64,000 nucleotides of DNA, from contig OZ249436.1 of NCBI GenBank assembly GCA_965235115.1, positions 25,174,001-25,238,000 on the forward strand, given 5' to 3'. Shown here in pieces: positions 10,101 to 25,100 of this stretch. The position numbers and the translations under genes are program-made. Within the stretch, counting starts at the first letter, position 1, and every line of letters begins with the position of its first letter. The notes under the pieces were generated by a model. That model worked only from the letters and a program-made list of their open reading frames with translations. It had not been told where the DNA came from and did not search any database. The DNA is from Laetmonice hystrix (lineage: Eukaryota).

Positions 10101-13100
10101 CTACCACGTTACAAGTCACAATAGATTGCTGCCTGTCGTAAAAATATACCAGACCATTTTAAAAAGTCACAGAACCCCAATCCGGCCCTAATATGTCACT
10201 CCCAGTACCAATAGACGCTGGAAGCACCATCAACTGAAATTCAGGCCTAGAACCCACCTCTCTCTACCAATATCATGCACCTAGTCCGTATACGAGGTTG
10301 TAATTTCCTTTAATCAACGGGCTGCACCGCAGCAACCCACTCTGGTCTTTGCAATCTTTATCAATATGCGTTAACATTTGTGACCAGCTCAACGCGCCTT
10401 GTAAAATTTTTCAAAGTGCGTAAAAGTGTGTGTCCACCCCGACACGCTTTCCAAACCACTATACCCACCGAGCGACATCCACTCAAATACAGGCTTCGAC
10501 CGATCCTCACTGTGCCAATAATCCGCCACAAGGCAAATTCAGTCAATGCAAGCTGGAAAATCGAATGTCAAACCTAATGCTCCCCCCCCCAGCACGTTAA
10601 CTGAAAATAATCAACTAGCTTGAAAACTAGAATATAGCTTTGTTTAGCTAACAATCTACTCTCCCAGCGCCATCTACTCGCATACAGGCGTAAAAGCAAA
10701 CGCACTGCCCCATATAATGCTCCCAGCATAAAACGATGTTGCAATTAATTTAAAATTAACAAGATGCACTAGTAATCCGATCCAAGCCTAATTACGTCAT
10801 TGCTAGTTTCATAACCAAATCTCACAGAAAATACCCCACCCGCGCACATAACCTGAAAATATTCAACTTTTATCTCCAATGTATCCCTGTGCACCTAGTA
10901 GCACCCAAGCGGGCCCAATTTTGACATTCCAACACAAATACCGCAAATACCCGCCTAATGGCACAAAAAACTTTCTACCCCGTTGCAAGTCACATTAGCT
11001 TGCTGCTTGTCGTAAAAAATGGTGCAGACCATTTCTAAAGTCACAGTACCCCACTCCCGGCCTAATATTACGTTTCAGTATCCATATACGCTGCAAGCGG
11101 CAAGAACTCGAATACAGGCCTAAAAGTAACCCCAGTCTAGCAATATCATACTCTCATGCCATATACGAGCTTGTAATTATCTTTAATTAATGGGCTCCGC
11201 AGCACCAACCCACTGCATTAACATTTGTTTAACAGCTTAACGCACCTTGTAAAAAATTTTCAAGTGCGTAAAAATGCGTGTCCACCTCCACATACTTTAA
11301 AAATCACTATACCCACCCAGCGACATTCACTCTAATACACGCCTAAGAGGAACTTCACTGTCCCATTTGATTCTCCAGCACGTATAGGATGTTTCAAGTA
11401 ACATTCATCCACGGTCTGGCCCAATAACGTGCAACAAGGCATAGTAAGTCAATGCGAGCTCGCATGTCAAACCTAACCCGCCCCCCAGCACATGAGCTGA
11501 AAATATTCAAATAGCTTGAAAACTAGAATATAGCTTTGCTTAATACCATTATACCATCAACTCGCATTACAGGCCTAATGCGAAGGTCTCAGCCTAAAAC
11601 GAGTTTCCAATTAATTTAAAGTTAACAAGATGCACTAATAATCGATTCCAAGCCTAATTAGGCCATTGCTAGTTGGATAACCAAATCTCATACAAAATAC
11701 ACCCTCCCGGCAGATGACCTGAGAATATTCAACTCTTATGTCCGATATATCCCTGTCCGCTTAGTAGCACCCAGCCGGGCCCCCATTTTGACATTGCAAC
11801 ACCAATACAGCAAGTGCCCAGCTAACAGCACAAATAACAGGATTCAGGGCTTCCTACCACGTTACAAGTCACAATAGATTGCTGCCTGTCGTAAAAATAT
11901 ACCAGACCATTTTAAAAAGTCACAGAACCCCAATCCGGCCCTAATATGTCACTCCCAGTACCAATACACTCTGGAAGCACCATCAACTGAAATTCAGGCC
12001 TAGAACCCACCTCTCTCTACCAATATCATGCACCTAGTCCGTATACGAGGTTGTAATTTACTTTAATCAACGGGCTGCGCCGCAGCAACCCACTCTGGTC
12101 TTTGCAATCTTTTTCAATATGCGTTAACATTTGTAACCAGCTCAACGCGCCTTGTAAAATTTTTCAAAGTGCGTAAAAGTGTGTGTCCACCCCGACACGC
12201 TTTCCAAACCACTATACCCACCGAGCGACATCCACTCAAATACAGGCTTCGACCGATCCTCACTGTGCCAATAATCCGCCACAAGGCAAATTCAGTCAAT
12301 GCAAGCTGGAAAATCGAATGTCAAACCTAATACTCCCCCCCCCCCAGCACGTTAACTGAAAATAATCAACTAGCTTGAAAACTAGAATATAGCTTTGTTT
12401 AGCTAACAATCTACTCTCCCAGCGCCATCAACTCGCATACAGGCGTAAAAGCAAACGCACTGCCCCATATAATGCTCCCAGTCTAAAACGATGTTGCAAT
12501 TAATTTAAAATTAACAAGATGCACTAGTAATCCGATCCAAACTTAATTACGTCATTGCTAGTTTCATAACCAAATCTCACAGAAAATACCCCACCCGGGC
12601 ACATAACCTGAAAATATTCAACTTTTATCTCCAATGTATCCCTGTGCACCTAGTAGCACCCAAGCGGGCCCAATTTTGACATCCCAACACAAATACCGCA
12701 AATACCCGCCTAATGGCACAAAAAACTTTCTACCCCGTTGCAAGTCACATTAGCGTGCTGCTTGTCGTAAAAAATGGTGCAGACCATTTCTAAAGTCACA
12801 GTACCCCACTCCCGGCCTAATATTACGTTTCAGTATCCATATACGCTGCAAGCGGCAGGAACTCGAATACAGGCCTAAAAGTAACCTCAGTCTAGCAATA
12901 TCATACTCCCATGCCATATACGAGCTTGTAATTATCTTTAATTAATGGGCTCCGCAGCACCAACCCACTGCATTAACATTTGTTTAACAGCTTAACGCAC
13001 CTTGTAAAATTTTTTCAAGTGCGTAAAAATGCGTGTCCACCTCCACATACTTTAAAAATCACTATACCCACCCAGCGACATCCACTCTAATACACGCCTA

Positions 13101-16100
13101 AAAGGAACTTCACTGTCCCATTTGATTCTCCAGCACGTATAGGATGTTTCAAGTAACATTCATCCACGGTCTGGCCCAATAACGTGCAACAAGGCATAGT
13201 AAGTCAATGCGAGCTCGCATGTCAAACCTAACCCGCCCCCAAGCACATGAGCTGAAAATATTCAAATAGCTTGAAAACTAGAATATAGCTTTGCTTAATA
13301 CCATTATACCATCAACTCGCATTACAGGCCTAATGCGAAGCTCCCAGCCTAAAACGAGTTTCCAATTAATTTAAAGTTAACAAGATGCACTAATAATCGA
13401 TTCCAAGCCTAATTAGGCCATTGCTAGTTGGATAACCAAATCTCATACAAAATACACCCTCCCGGCAGATGACCTGAGAATATTCAACTCTTATGTCCGA
13501 TATATCCCTGTCCGCTTAGTAGCACCCAGCCGGGCCCCCATTTTGACATTGCAACACCAATACAGCAAGTGCCCAGCTAACAGCACAAATAACAGGATTC
13601 AGGGCTTCCTACCACGTTACAAGTCACAATAGATTGCTGCCTGTCGTAAAAATATACCAGACCATTTTAAAAAGTCACAGAACCCCAATCCGGCCCTAAT
13701 ATGTCACTCCCAGTACCAATACACGCTGGAAGCACCATCAACTGAAATTCAGGCCTAGAACCCACCTCTCTCTACCAATATCATGCACCTAGTCCGTATA
13801 CGAGGTTGTAATTTACTTTAATCAACGGGCTGCGCCGCAGCAACCCACTCTGGTCTTTGCAATCTTTTTCAATATGCGTTAACATTTGTAACCAGCTCAA
13901 CGCGCCTTGTAAAATTTTTCAAAGTGCGTAAAAGTGTGTGTCCACCCCGACACGCTTTCCAAACCACTATACCCACCGAGCGACATCCACTCAAATACAG
14001 GCTTCGACCGATCCTCACTGTGCCAATAATCCGCCACAAGGCAAATTCAGTCAATGCAAGCTGGAAAATCGAATGTCAAACCTAATGCTCCCCCCCCAGC
14101 ACGTTAACTGAAAATAATCAACTAGCTTGAAAACTAGAATATAGCTTTGTTAAGCTAACAATCTACTCTCCCAGCGCCATCAACTCGCATACAGGCGTAA
14201 AAGCAAACGCACTGCCCCATATAATGCTCCCAGCCTAAAACGATGTTGCAATTAATTTAAAATTAACAAGATGCACTAGTAATCCGATCCAAGCCTAATT
14301 ACGTCATTGCTAGTTTCATAACCAAATCTTACAGAAAATACTCCACCCGCGCACATAACCTGAAAATATTCAACTTTTATCTCCAATGTATCCCTGTGCA
14401 CCTAGTAGCACCCAAGCGGGCCCAATTTTGACATTCCAACACAAATACCGCAAATACCCGCCTAATGGCACAAAAAACTTTCTACCCCGTTGCAAGTCAC
14501 ATTAGCTTGCTGCTTGTCGTAAAAAATGGTGCAGACCATTTCTAAAGTCACAGTACCCCACTCCCGGCCTAATATTACGTTTCAGTATCCATATACGCTG
14601 CAAGCGGCAGGAACTCGAATACAGGCCTAAAAGTAACCCCAGTCTAGCAATATCATACTCTCATGCCATATACGAGCTTGTAATTATCTTTAATTAATGG
14701 GCTCCGCAGCACCAACCCACTGCATTAACATTTGTTTAACAGCTTAACGCACCTTGTAAAAAAATTTCAAGTGCGTAAAAATGCGTGTCCACCTCCACAT
14801 ACTTTAAAAATCACTATACCCACCCAGCGACATTCACTCTAATACACGCCTAAGAGGAACTTCACTGTCCCATTTGATTCTCCAGCACGTATAGGATGTT
14901 TCAAGTAACATTCATCCACGGTCTGGCCCAATAACGTGCAACAAGGCATAGTAAGTCAATGCGAGCTCGCATGTCAAACCTAACCCGCCCCCCAGCACAT
15001 GAGCTGAAAATATTCAAATAGCTTGAAAACTAGAATATAGCTTTGCTTAATACCATTATACCATCAACTCGCATTACAGGCCTAATGCGAAGGTCCCAGC
15101 CTAAAACGAGTTTCCAATTAATTTAAAGTTAACAAGATGCACTAATAATCGATTCCAAGCCTAATTAGGCCATTGCTAGTTGGATAACCAAATCTCATAC
15201 AAAATACACCCTCCCGGCAGATGACCTGAGAATATTCAACTCTTATGTCCGATATATCCCTGTCCGCTTAGTAGCACCCAGCCGGGCCCCCATTTTGACA
15301 TTGCAACACCAATACAGCAAGTGCCCAGCTAACAGCACAAATAACAGGATTCAGGGCTTCCTACCACGTTACAAGTCACAATAGATTGCTGCCTGTCGTA
15401 AAAATATACCAGACCATTTTAAAAAGTCACAGAACCCCAATCCGGCCCTAATATGTCACTCCCAGTACCAATACACTCTGGAAGCACCATCAACTGAAAT
15501 TCAGGCCTAGAACCCACCTCTCTCTACCAATATCATGCACCTAGTCCGTATACGAGGTTGTAATTTACTTTAATCAACGGGCTGCGCCGCAGCAACCCAC
15601 TCTGGTCTTTGCAATCTTTTTCAATATGCGTTAACATTTGTAACCAGCTCAACGCGCCTTGTAAAATTTTTCAAAGTGCGTAAAAGTGTGTGTCCACCCC
15701 GACACGCTTTCCAAACCACTATACCCACCGAGCGACATCCACTCAAATACAGGCTTCGACCGATCCTCACTGTGCCAATAATCCGCCACAAGGCAAATTC
15801 AGTCAATGCAAGCTGGAAAATCGAATGTCAAACCTAATACTCCCCCCCCCCAGCACGTTAACTGAAAATAATCAACTAGCTTGAAAACTAGAATATAGCT
15901 TTGTTTAGCTAACAATCTACTCTCCCAGCGCCATCAACTCGCATACAGGCGTAAAAGCAAACGCACTGCCCCATATAATGCTCCCAGTCTAAAACGATGT
16001 TGCAATTAATTTAAAATTAACAAGATGCACTAGTAATCCGATCCAAGCTTAATTACGTCATTGCTAGTTTCATAACCAAATCTCACAGAAAATACCCCAC

Positions 16101-19100
16101 CCGGGCACATAACCTGAAAATATTCAACTTTTATCTCCAATGTATCCCTGTGCACCTAGTAGCACCCAAGCGGGCCCAATTTTGACATCCCAACACAAAT
16201 ACCGCAAATACCCGCCTAATGGCACAAAAAACTTTCTACCCCGTTGCAAGTCACATTAGCGTGCTGCTTGTCGTAAAAAATGGTGCAGACCATTTCTAAA
16301 GTCACAGTACCCCACTCCCGGCCTAATATTACGTTTCAGTATCCATATACGCTGCAAGCGGCAGGAACTCGAATACAGGCCTAAAAGTAACCTCAGTCTA
16401 GCAATATCATACTCCCATGCCATATACGAGCTTGTAATTATCTTTAATTAATGGGCTCCGCAGCACCAACCCACTGCATTAACATTTGTTTAACAGCTTA
16501 ACGCACCTTGTAAAATTTTTTCAAGTGCGTAAAAATGCGTGTCCACCTCCACATACTTTAAAAATCACTATACCCACCCAGCGACATCCACTCTAATACA
16601 CGCCTAAAAGGAACTTCACTGTCCCATTTGATTCTCCAGCACGTATAGGATGTTTCAAGTAACATTCATCCACGGTCTGGCCCAATAACGTGCAACAAGG
16701 CATAGTAAGTCAATGCGAGCTCGCATGTCAAACCTAACCCGCCCCCAAGCACATGAGCTGAAAATATTCAAATAGCTTGAAAACTAGAATATAGCTTTGC
16801 TTAATACCATTATACCATCAACTCGCATTACAGGCCTAATGCGAAGCTCCCAGCCTAAAACGAGTTTCCAATTAATTTAAAGTTAACAAGATGCACTAAT
16901 AATCGATTCCAAGCCTAATTAGGCCATTGCTAGTTGGATAACCAAATCTCATACAAAATACACCCTCCCGGCAGATGACCTGAGAATATTCAACTCTTAT
17001 GTCCGATATATCCCTGTCCGCTTAGTAGCACCCAGCCGGGCCCCCATTTTGACATTGCAACACCAATACAGCAAGTGCCCAGCTAACAGCACAAATAACA
17101 GGATTCAGGGCTTCCTACCACGTTACAAGTCACAATAGATTGCTGCCTGTCGTAAAAATATACCAGACCATTTTAAAAAGTCACAGAACCCCAATCCGGC
17201 CCTAATATGTCACTCCCAGTACCAATACACGCTGGAAGCACCATCAACTGAAATTCAGGCCTAGAACCCACCTCTCTCTACCAATATCATGCACCTAGTC
17301 CGTATACGAGGTTGTAATTTACTTTAATCAACGGGCTGCGCCGCAGCAACCCACTCTGGTCTTTGCAATCTTTTTCAATATGCGTTAACATTTGTAACCA
17401 GCTCAACGCGCCTTGTAAAATTTTTCAAAGTGCGTAAAAGTGTGTGTCCACCCCGACACGCTTTCCAAACCACTATACCCACCGAGCGACATCCACTCAA
17501 ATACAGGCTTCGACCGATCCTCACTGTGCCAATAATCCGCCACAAGGCAAATTCAGTCAATGCAAGCTGGAAAATCGAATGTCAAACCTAATGCTCCCCC
17601 CCAGCACGTTAACTGAAAATAATCAACTAGCTTGAAAACTAGAATATAGCTTTGTTAAGCTAACAATCTACTCTCCCAGCGCCATCAACTCGCATACAGG
17701 CGTAAAAGCAAACGCACTGCCCCATATAATGCTCCCAGCCTAAAACGATGTTGCAATTAATTTAAAATTAACAAGAGGCACTAGTAATCCGATCCAAGCC
17801 TAATTACGTCATTGCTAGTTTCATAACCAAATCTCACAGAAAATACCCCACCCGCGCACATAACCTGAAAATATTCAACTTTTATCTCCAATGTATCCCT
17901 GTGCACCTAGTAGGACCCAAGCGGGCCCAATTTTGACATTCCAACACAAATACCGCAAATACCCGCCTAATGGCACAAAAAACTTTCTACCCCGTTGCAA
18001 GTCACATTAGCTTGCTGCTTGTCGTAAAAAATGGTGCAGACCATTTCTAAAGTCACAGTACCCCACTCCCGGCCTAATATTACGTTTCAGTATCCATATA
18101 CGCTGCAAGCGGCAGGAACTCGAATACAGGCCTAAAAGTAACCCCAGTCTAGCAATATCATACTCTCATGCCATATACGAGCTTGTAATTATCTTTAATT
18201 AATGGGCTCCGCAGCACCAACCCACTGCATTAACATTTGTTTAACAGCTTAACGCACCTTGTAAAAAATTTTCAAGTGCGTAAAAATGCGTGTCCACCTC
18301 CACATACTTTAAAAATCACTATACCCACCCAGCGACATTCACTCTAATACACGCCTAAGAGGAACTTCACTGTCCCATTTGATCCTCCAGCACGTATAGG
18401 ATGTTTCAAGTAACATTTATCCACGGTCTGGCCCAATAACGTGCAACAAGGCATAGTAAGTCAATGCGACCTCGCATGTCAAACCTAACCCGCCCCCCAG
18501 CACATGAGGTGGAGATATTCAAATTGCTTGAAAACTAGAATATAGCTTTGCTTAATACCATTATACCATCAACTCGCATTACAGGCCTAATGCGAAGCTC
18601 CCAGCCTAAAACGAGTTTCCAATTAATTTAAAGTTAACAAGATGCACTAATAATCGATTCCAAGCCTAATTAGGCCATTGCTAGTTGGATAACCAAATCT
18701 CATACAAAATACACCCTCCCGGCAGATGACCTGAGAATATTCAACTCTTATGTCCGATATATCCCTGTCCGCTTAGTAGCACCCAGCCGGGCCCCCATTT
18801 TGACATTGCAACACCAATACAGCAAGTGCCCAGCTAACAGCACAAATAACAGGATTCAGGGCTTCCTACCACGTTACAAGTCACAATAGATTGCTGCCTG
18901 TCGTAAAAATATACCAGACCATTTTAAAAAGTCACAGGACCCCAATCCGGCCCTAATATGTCACTCCCAGTACCAATACACGCTGGAAGCACCATCAACT
19001 GAAATTCAGGCCTAGAACCCACCTCTCTCTACCAATATCATGCACCTAGTCCGTATACGAGGTTGTAATTTCCTTTAATCAACGGGCTGCGCCGCAGCAA

Positions 19101-22100
19101 CCCACTCTGGTCTTTGCAATCTTTTTCAATATGCGTTAACATTTGTAACCAGCTCAACGCGCCTTGTAAAATTTTTCAAAGTGCGTAAAAGTGTGTGTCC
19201 ACCCCGACACGCTTTCCAAACCACTATACCCACCGAGCGACATCCACTCAAATACAGGCTTCGACCGATCCTCACTGTGCCAATAATCCGCCACAAGGCA
19301 AATTCAGTCAATGCAAGCTGGAAAATCGAATGTCAAACCTAATGCTCCCCCCCCAGCACGTTAACTGAAAATAATCAACTAGCTTGAAAACTAGAATATA
19401 GCTTTGTTAAGCTAACAATCTACTCTCCCAGCGCCATCAACTCGCATACAGGCGTAAAAGCAAACGCACTGCCCCATATAATGCTCCCAGCCTAAAACGA
19501 TGTTGCAATTAATTTAAAATTAACAAGATGCACTAGTAATCCGATCCATGCCTAATTACGTCATTGCTAGTTTCATAACCAAATCTTACAGAAAATACTC
19601 CACCCGCGCACATAACCTGAAAATATTCAACTTTTATCTCCAATGTATCCCTGTGCACCTAGTAGCACCCAAGCGGGCCCAATTTTGACATTCCAACACA
19701 AATACCGCAAATACCCGCCTAATGGCACAAAAAACTTTCTACCCCGTTGCAAGTCACATTAGCTTGCTGCTTGTCGTAAAAAATGGTGCAGACCATTTCT
19801 AAAGTCACAGTACCCCACTCCCGGCCTAATATTACGTTTCAGTATCCATATACGCTGCAAGCGGCAGGAACTCGAATACAGGCCTAAAAGTAACCCCAGT
19901 CTAGCAATATCATACTCTCATGCCATATACGAGCTTGTAATTATCTTTAATTAATGGGCTCCGCAGCACCAACCCACTGCATTAACATTTGTTTAACAGC
20001 TTAACGCACCTTGTAAAAAAATTTCAAGTGCGTAAAAATGCGTGTCCACCTCCACATACTTTAAAAATCACTATACCCACCCAGCGACATTCACTCTAAT
20101 ACACGCCTAAGAGGAACTTCACTGTCCCATTTGATTCTCCAGCACGTATAGGATGTTTCAAGTAACATTCATCCACGGTCTGGCCCAATAACGTGCAACA
20201 AGGCATAGTAAGTCAATGCGAGCTCGCATGTCAAACCTAACCCGCCCCCCAGCACATGAGCTGAAAATATTCAAATAGCTTGAAAACTAGAATATAGCTT
20301 TGCTTAATACCATTATACCATCAACTCGCATTACAGGCCTAATGCGAAGCTCCCAGCCTAAAACGAGTTTCCAATTAATTTAAAGTTAACAAGATGCACT
20401 AATAATCGATTCCAAGCCTAATTAGGCCATTGCTAGTTGGATAACCAAATCTCATACAAAATACACCCTCCCGGCAGATGACCTGAGAATATTCAACTCT
20501 TATGTCCGATATATCCCTGTCCGCTTTGTAGCACCCAGCCGGGCCCCCATTTTGACATTACAACACCAATACAGCAAGTGCCCAGCTAACAGCACAAATA
20601 ACAGGATTCAGGGCTTCCTACCACGTTACAAGTCACAATAGATTGCTGCCTGTCGTAAAAATATACCAGACCATTTTAAAAAGTCACAGAACCCCAATCC
20701 GGCCCTATTATGTCACTCCCAGTACCAATACACGCTGGAAGCACCATCAACTGAAATTCAGGCCTAGAACCCACCTCTCTCTACCAATATCATGCACCTA
20801 GTCCGTATACGAGGTTGTAATTTACTTTAATCAACGGGCTGCGCCGCAGCAACCCACTCTGGTCTTTGCAATCTTTTTCAATATGCGTTAACATTTGTAA
20901 CCAGCTCAACGCGCCTTGTAAAATTTTTCAAAGTGCGTAAAAGTGTGTGTCCACCCCGACACGCTTTCCAAACCACTATACCCACCGAGCGACATCCACT
21001 CAAATACAGGCTTCGACCGATCCTCACTGTGCCAATAATCCGCCACAAGGCAAATTCAGTCAATGCAAGCTGGAAAATCGAATGTCAAACCTAATGCTCC
21101 CCCCCAGCACGTTAACTGAAAATAATCAACTAGCTTGAAAACTAGAATATAGCTTTGTTAAGCTAACAATCTACTCTCCCAGCGCCATCAACTCGCATAC
21201 AGGCGTAAAAGCAAACGCACTGCCCCATATAATGCTCCCAGCCTAAAACGATGTTGCAATTAATTTAAAATTAACAAGAGGCACTAGTAATCCGATCCAA
21301 GCCTAATTACGTCATTGCTAGTTTCATAACCAAATCTCACAGAAAATACCCCACAAGCGCACATAACCTGAAAATATTCAACTTTTATCTCCAATGTATC
21401 CCTGTGCACCTAGTAGGACCCAAGCGGGCCCAATTTTGACATTCCAACACAAATACCGCAAATACCCGCCTAATGGCACAAAAAACTTTCTACCCCGTTG
21501 CAAGTCACATTAGCTTGCTGCTTGTCGTAAAAAATGGTGCAGACCATTTCTAAAGTCACAGTACCCCACTCCCGGCCTAATATTACGTTTCAGTATCCAT
21601 ATACGCTGCAAGCGGCAGGAACTCGAATACAGGCCTAAAAGTAACCCCAGTCTAGCAATATCATACTCTCATGCCATATACGAGCTTGTAATTATCTTTA
21701 ATTAATGGGCTCCGCAGCACCAACCCACTGCATTAACATTTGTTTAACAGCTTAACGCACCTTGTAAAAAATTTTCAAGTGCGTAAAAATGCGTGTCCAC
21801 CTCCACATACTTTAAAAATCACTATACCCACCCAGCGACATTCACTCTAATACACGCCTAAGAGGAACTTCACTGTCCCATTTGATCCTCCAGCACGTAT
21901 AGGATGTTTCAAGTAACATTTATCCACGGTCTGGCCCAATAACGTGCAACAAGGCATAGTAAGTCAATGCGACCTCGCATGTCAAACCTAACCCGCCCCC
22001 CAGCACATGAGGTGGAGATATTCAAATAGCTTGAAAACTAGAATATAGCTTTGCTTAATACCATTATACCATCAACTCGCATTACAGGCCTAATGCGAAG

Positions 22101-25100
22101 CTCCCAGCCTAAAACGAGTTTCCAATTAATTTAAAGTTAACAAGATGCACTAATAATCGATTCCAAGCCTAATTAGGCCATTGCTAGTTGGATAACCAAA
22201 TCTCATACAAAATACACCCTCCCGGCAGATGACCTGAGAATATTCAACTCTTATGTCCGATATATCCCTGTCCGCTTAGTAGCACCCAGCCGGGCCCCCA
22301 TTTTGACATTGCAACACCAATACAGCAAGTGCCCAGCTAACAGCACAAATAAAGGATTCAGGGCTTCCTACCACGTTACAAGTCACAATAGATTGCTGCC
22401 TGTCGTAAAAATATACCAGACCATTTTAAAAAGTCACAGAACCCCAATCCGGCCCTAATATGTCACTTCCAGTACCAATACACGCTGGAAGCACCATCAA
22501 CTGAAATTCAGGCCTAGAACCCACCTCTCTCTACCAATATCATGCACCTAGTCCGTATACGAGGTTGTAATTTACTTTAATCAACGGGCTGCGCCGCAGC
22601 AACCCACTCTGGTCTTTGCAATCTTTTTCAATATGCGTTAACATTTGTAACCAGCTCAACGCGCCTTGTAAAATTTTTCAAAGTGCGTAAAAGTGTGTGT
22701 CCACCCCGACACGCTTTCCAAACCACTATACCCACCGAGCGACATCCACTCAAATACAGGCTTCGACCGATCCTCACTGTGCCAATAATCCGCCACAAGG
22801 CAAATTCAGTCAATGCAAGCTGGAAAATCGAATGTCAAACCTAATGCTCCCCCCCAGCACGTTAACTGAAAATAATCAACTAGCTTGAAAACTAGAATAT
22901 AGCTTTGTTAAGCTAACAATCTACTCTCCCAGCGCCATCAACTCGCATACAGGCGTAAAAGCAAACGCACTGCCCCATATAATGCTCCCAGCCTAAAACG
23001 ATGTTGCAATTAATTTAAAATTAACAAGAGGCACTAGTAATCCGATCCAAGCCTAATTACGTCATTGCTAGTTTCATAACCAAATCTCACAGAAAATACC
23101 CCACCCGCGCACATAACCTGAAAATATTCAACTTTTATCTCCAATGTATCCCTGTGCACCTAGTAGGACCCAAGCGGGCCAAATTTTGACATTCCAACAC
23201 AAATACCGCAAATACCCGCCTAATGGCACAAAAAACTTTCTACCCCGTTGCAAGTCACATTAGCTTGCTGCTTGTCGTAAAAAATGGTGCAGACCATTTC
23301 TAAAGTCACAGTACCCCACTCCCGGCCTAATATTACGTTTCAGTATCCATATACGCTGCAAGCGGCAGGAACTCGAATACAGGCCTAAAAGTAACCCCAG
23401 TCTAGCAATATCATACTCTCATGCCATATACGAGCTTGTAATTATCTTTAATTAATGGGCTCCGCAGCACCAACCCACTGCATTAACATTTGTTTAACAG
23501 CTTAACGCACCTTGTAAAAAATTTTCAAGTGCGTAAAAATGCGTGTCCACCTCCACATACTTTAAAAATCACTATACCCACCCAGCGACATTCACTCTAA
23601 TACACGCCTAAGAGGAACTTCACTGTCCCATTTGATCCTCCAGCACGTATAGGATGTTTCAAGTAACATTTATCCACGGTCTGGCCCAATAACGTGCAAC
23701 AAGGCATAGTAAGTCAATGCGACCTCGCATGTCAAACCTAACCCGCCCCCCAGCACATGAGGTGGAGATATTCAAATAGCTTGAAAACTAGAATATAGCT
23801 TTGCTTAATACCATTATACCATCAACTCGCATTACAGGCCTAATGCGAAGCTCCCAGCCTAAAACGAGTTTCCAATTAATTTAAAGTTAACAAGATGCAC
23901 TAATAATCGATTCCAAGCCTAATTAGGCCATTGCTAGTTGGATAACCAAATCTCATACAAAATACACCCTCCCGGCAGATGACCTGAGAATATTCAACTC
24001 TTATGTCCGATATATCCCTGTCCGCTTAGTAGCACCCAGCCGGGCCCCCATTTTGACATTGCAACACCAATACAGCAAGTGCCCAGCTAACAGCACAAAT
24101 AACAGGATTCAGGGCTTCCTACCACGTTACAAGTCACAATAGATTGCTGCCTGTCGTAAAAATATACCAGACCATTTTAAAAAGTCACAGAACCCCAATC
24201 CGGCCCTAATATGTCACTCCCAGTACCAATACACTCTGGAAGCACCATCAACTGAAATTCAGGCCTAGAACCCACCTCTCTCTACCAATATCATGCACCT
24301 AGTCCGTATACGAGGTTGTAATTTCCTTTAATCAACGGGTTGCGCCGCAGCAACCCACTCTGGTCTTTGCAATCTTTTTCAATATGCGTTAACATTTGTG
24401 ACCAGCTCAACGCGCCTTGTAAAATTTTTCAAAGTGCGTAAAAGTGTGTGTCCACCCCGTCACGCTTTCCAAACCACTATACCCACCGAGCGACATCCAC
24501 TCAAATACAGGCTTCGACCGATCCTCACTGTGCCAATAATCCGCCACAAGGCAAATTCAGTCAATGCAAGCTGGAAAATCGAATGTCAAACCTAATGCTC
24601 CCCCCCCCCAGCACGTTAACTGAAAATAATCAACTAGCTTGAAAACTAGAATATAGCTTTGTTTAGCTAACAATCTACTCTCCCAGCGCCATCAACTCGC
24701 ATACAGGCGTAAAAGCAAACGCACTGCCCCATATAATGCTCCCAGCCTAAAACGATGTTGCAATTAATTTAAAATTAACAAGATGCACTAGTAATCCGAT
24801 CCAAGCCTAATTACGTCATTGCTAGTTTCATAACCAAATCTCACAGAAAATACCCCACCCGCGCACATAACCTAAAAATATTCAACTTTTATCTCCAATG
24901 TATCCCTGTGCACCTAGTAGCACCCAAGCGGGCCCAATTTTGACATTCCAACACAAATACCGCAAATACCCGCCTAATGGCACAAAAAACTTTCTACCCC
25001 GTTGCAAGTCACATTAGCTTGCTGCTTGTCGTAAAAAATGGTGCAGACCATTTCTAAAGTCACAGTACCCAACTCTCGGCCTAATATTACGTTTCAGTAT

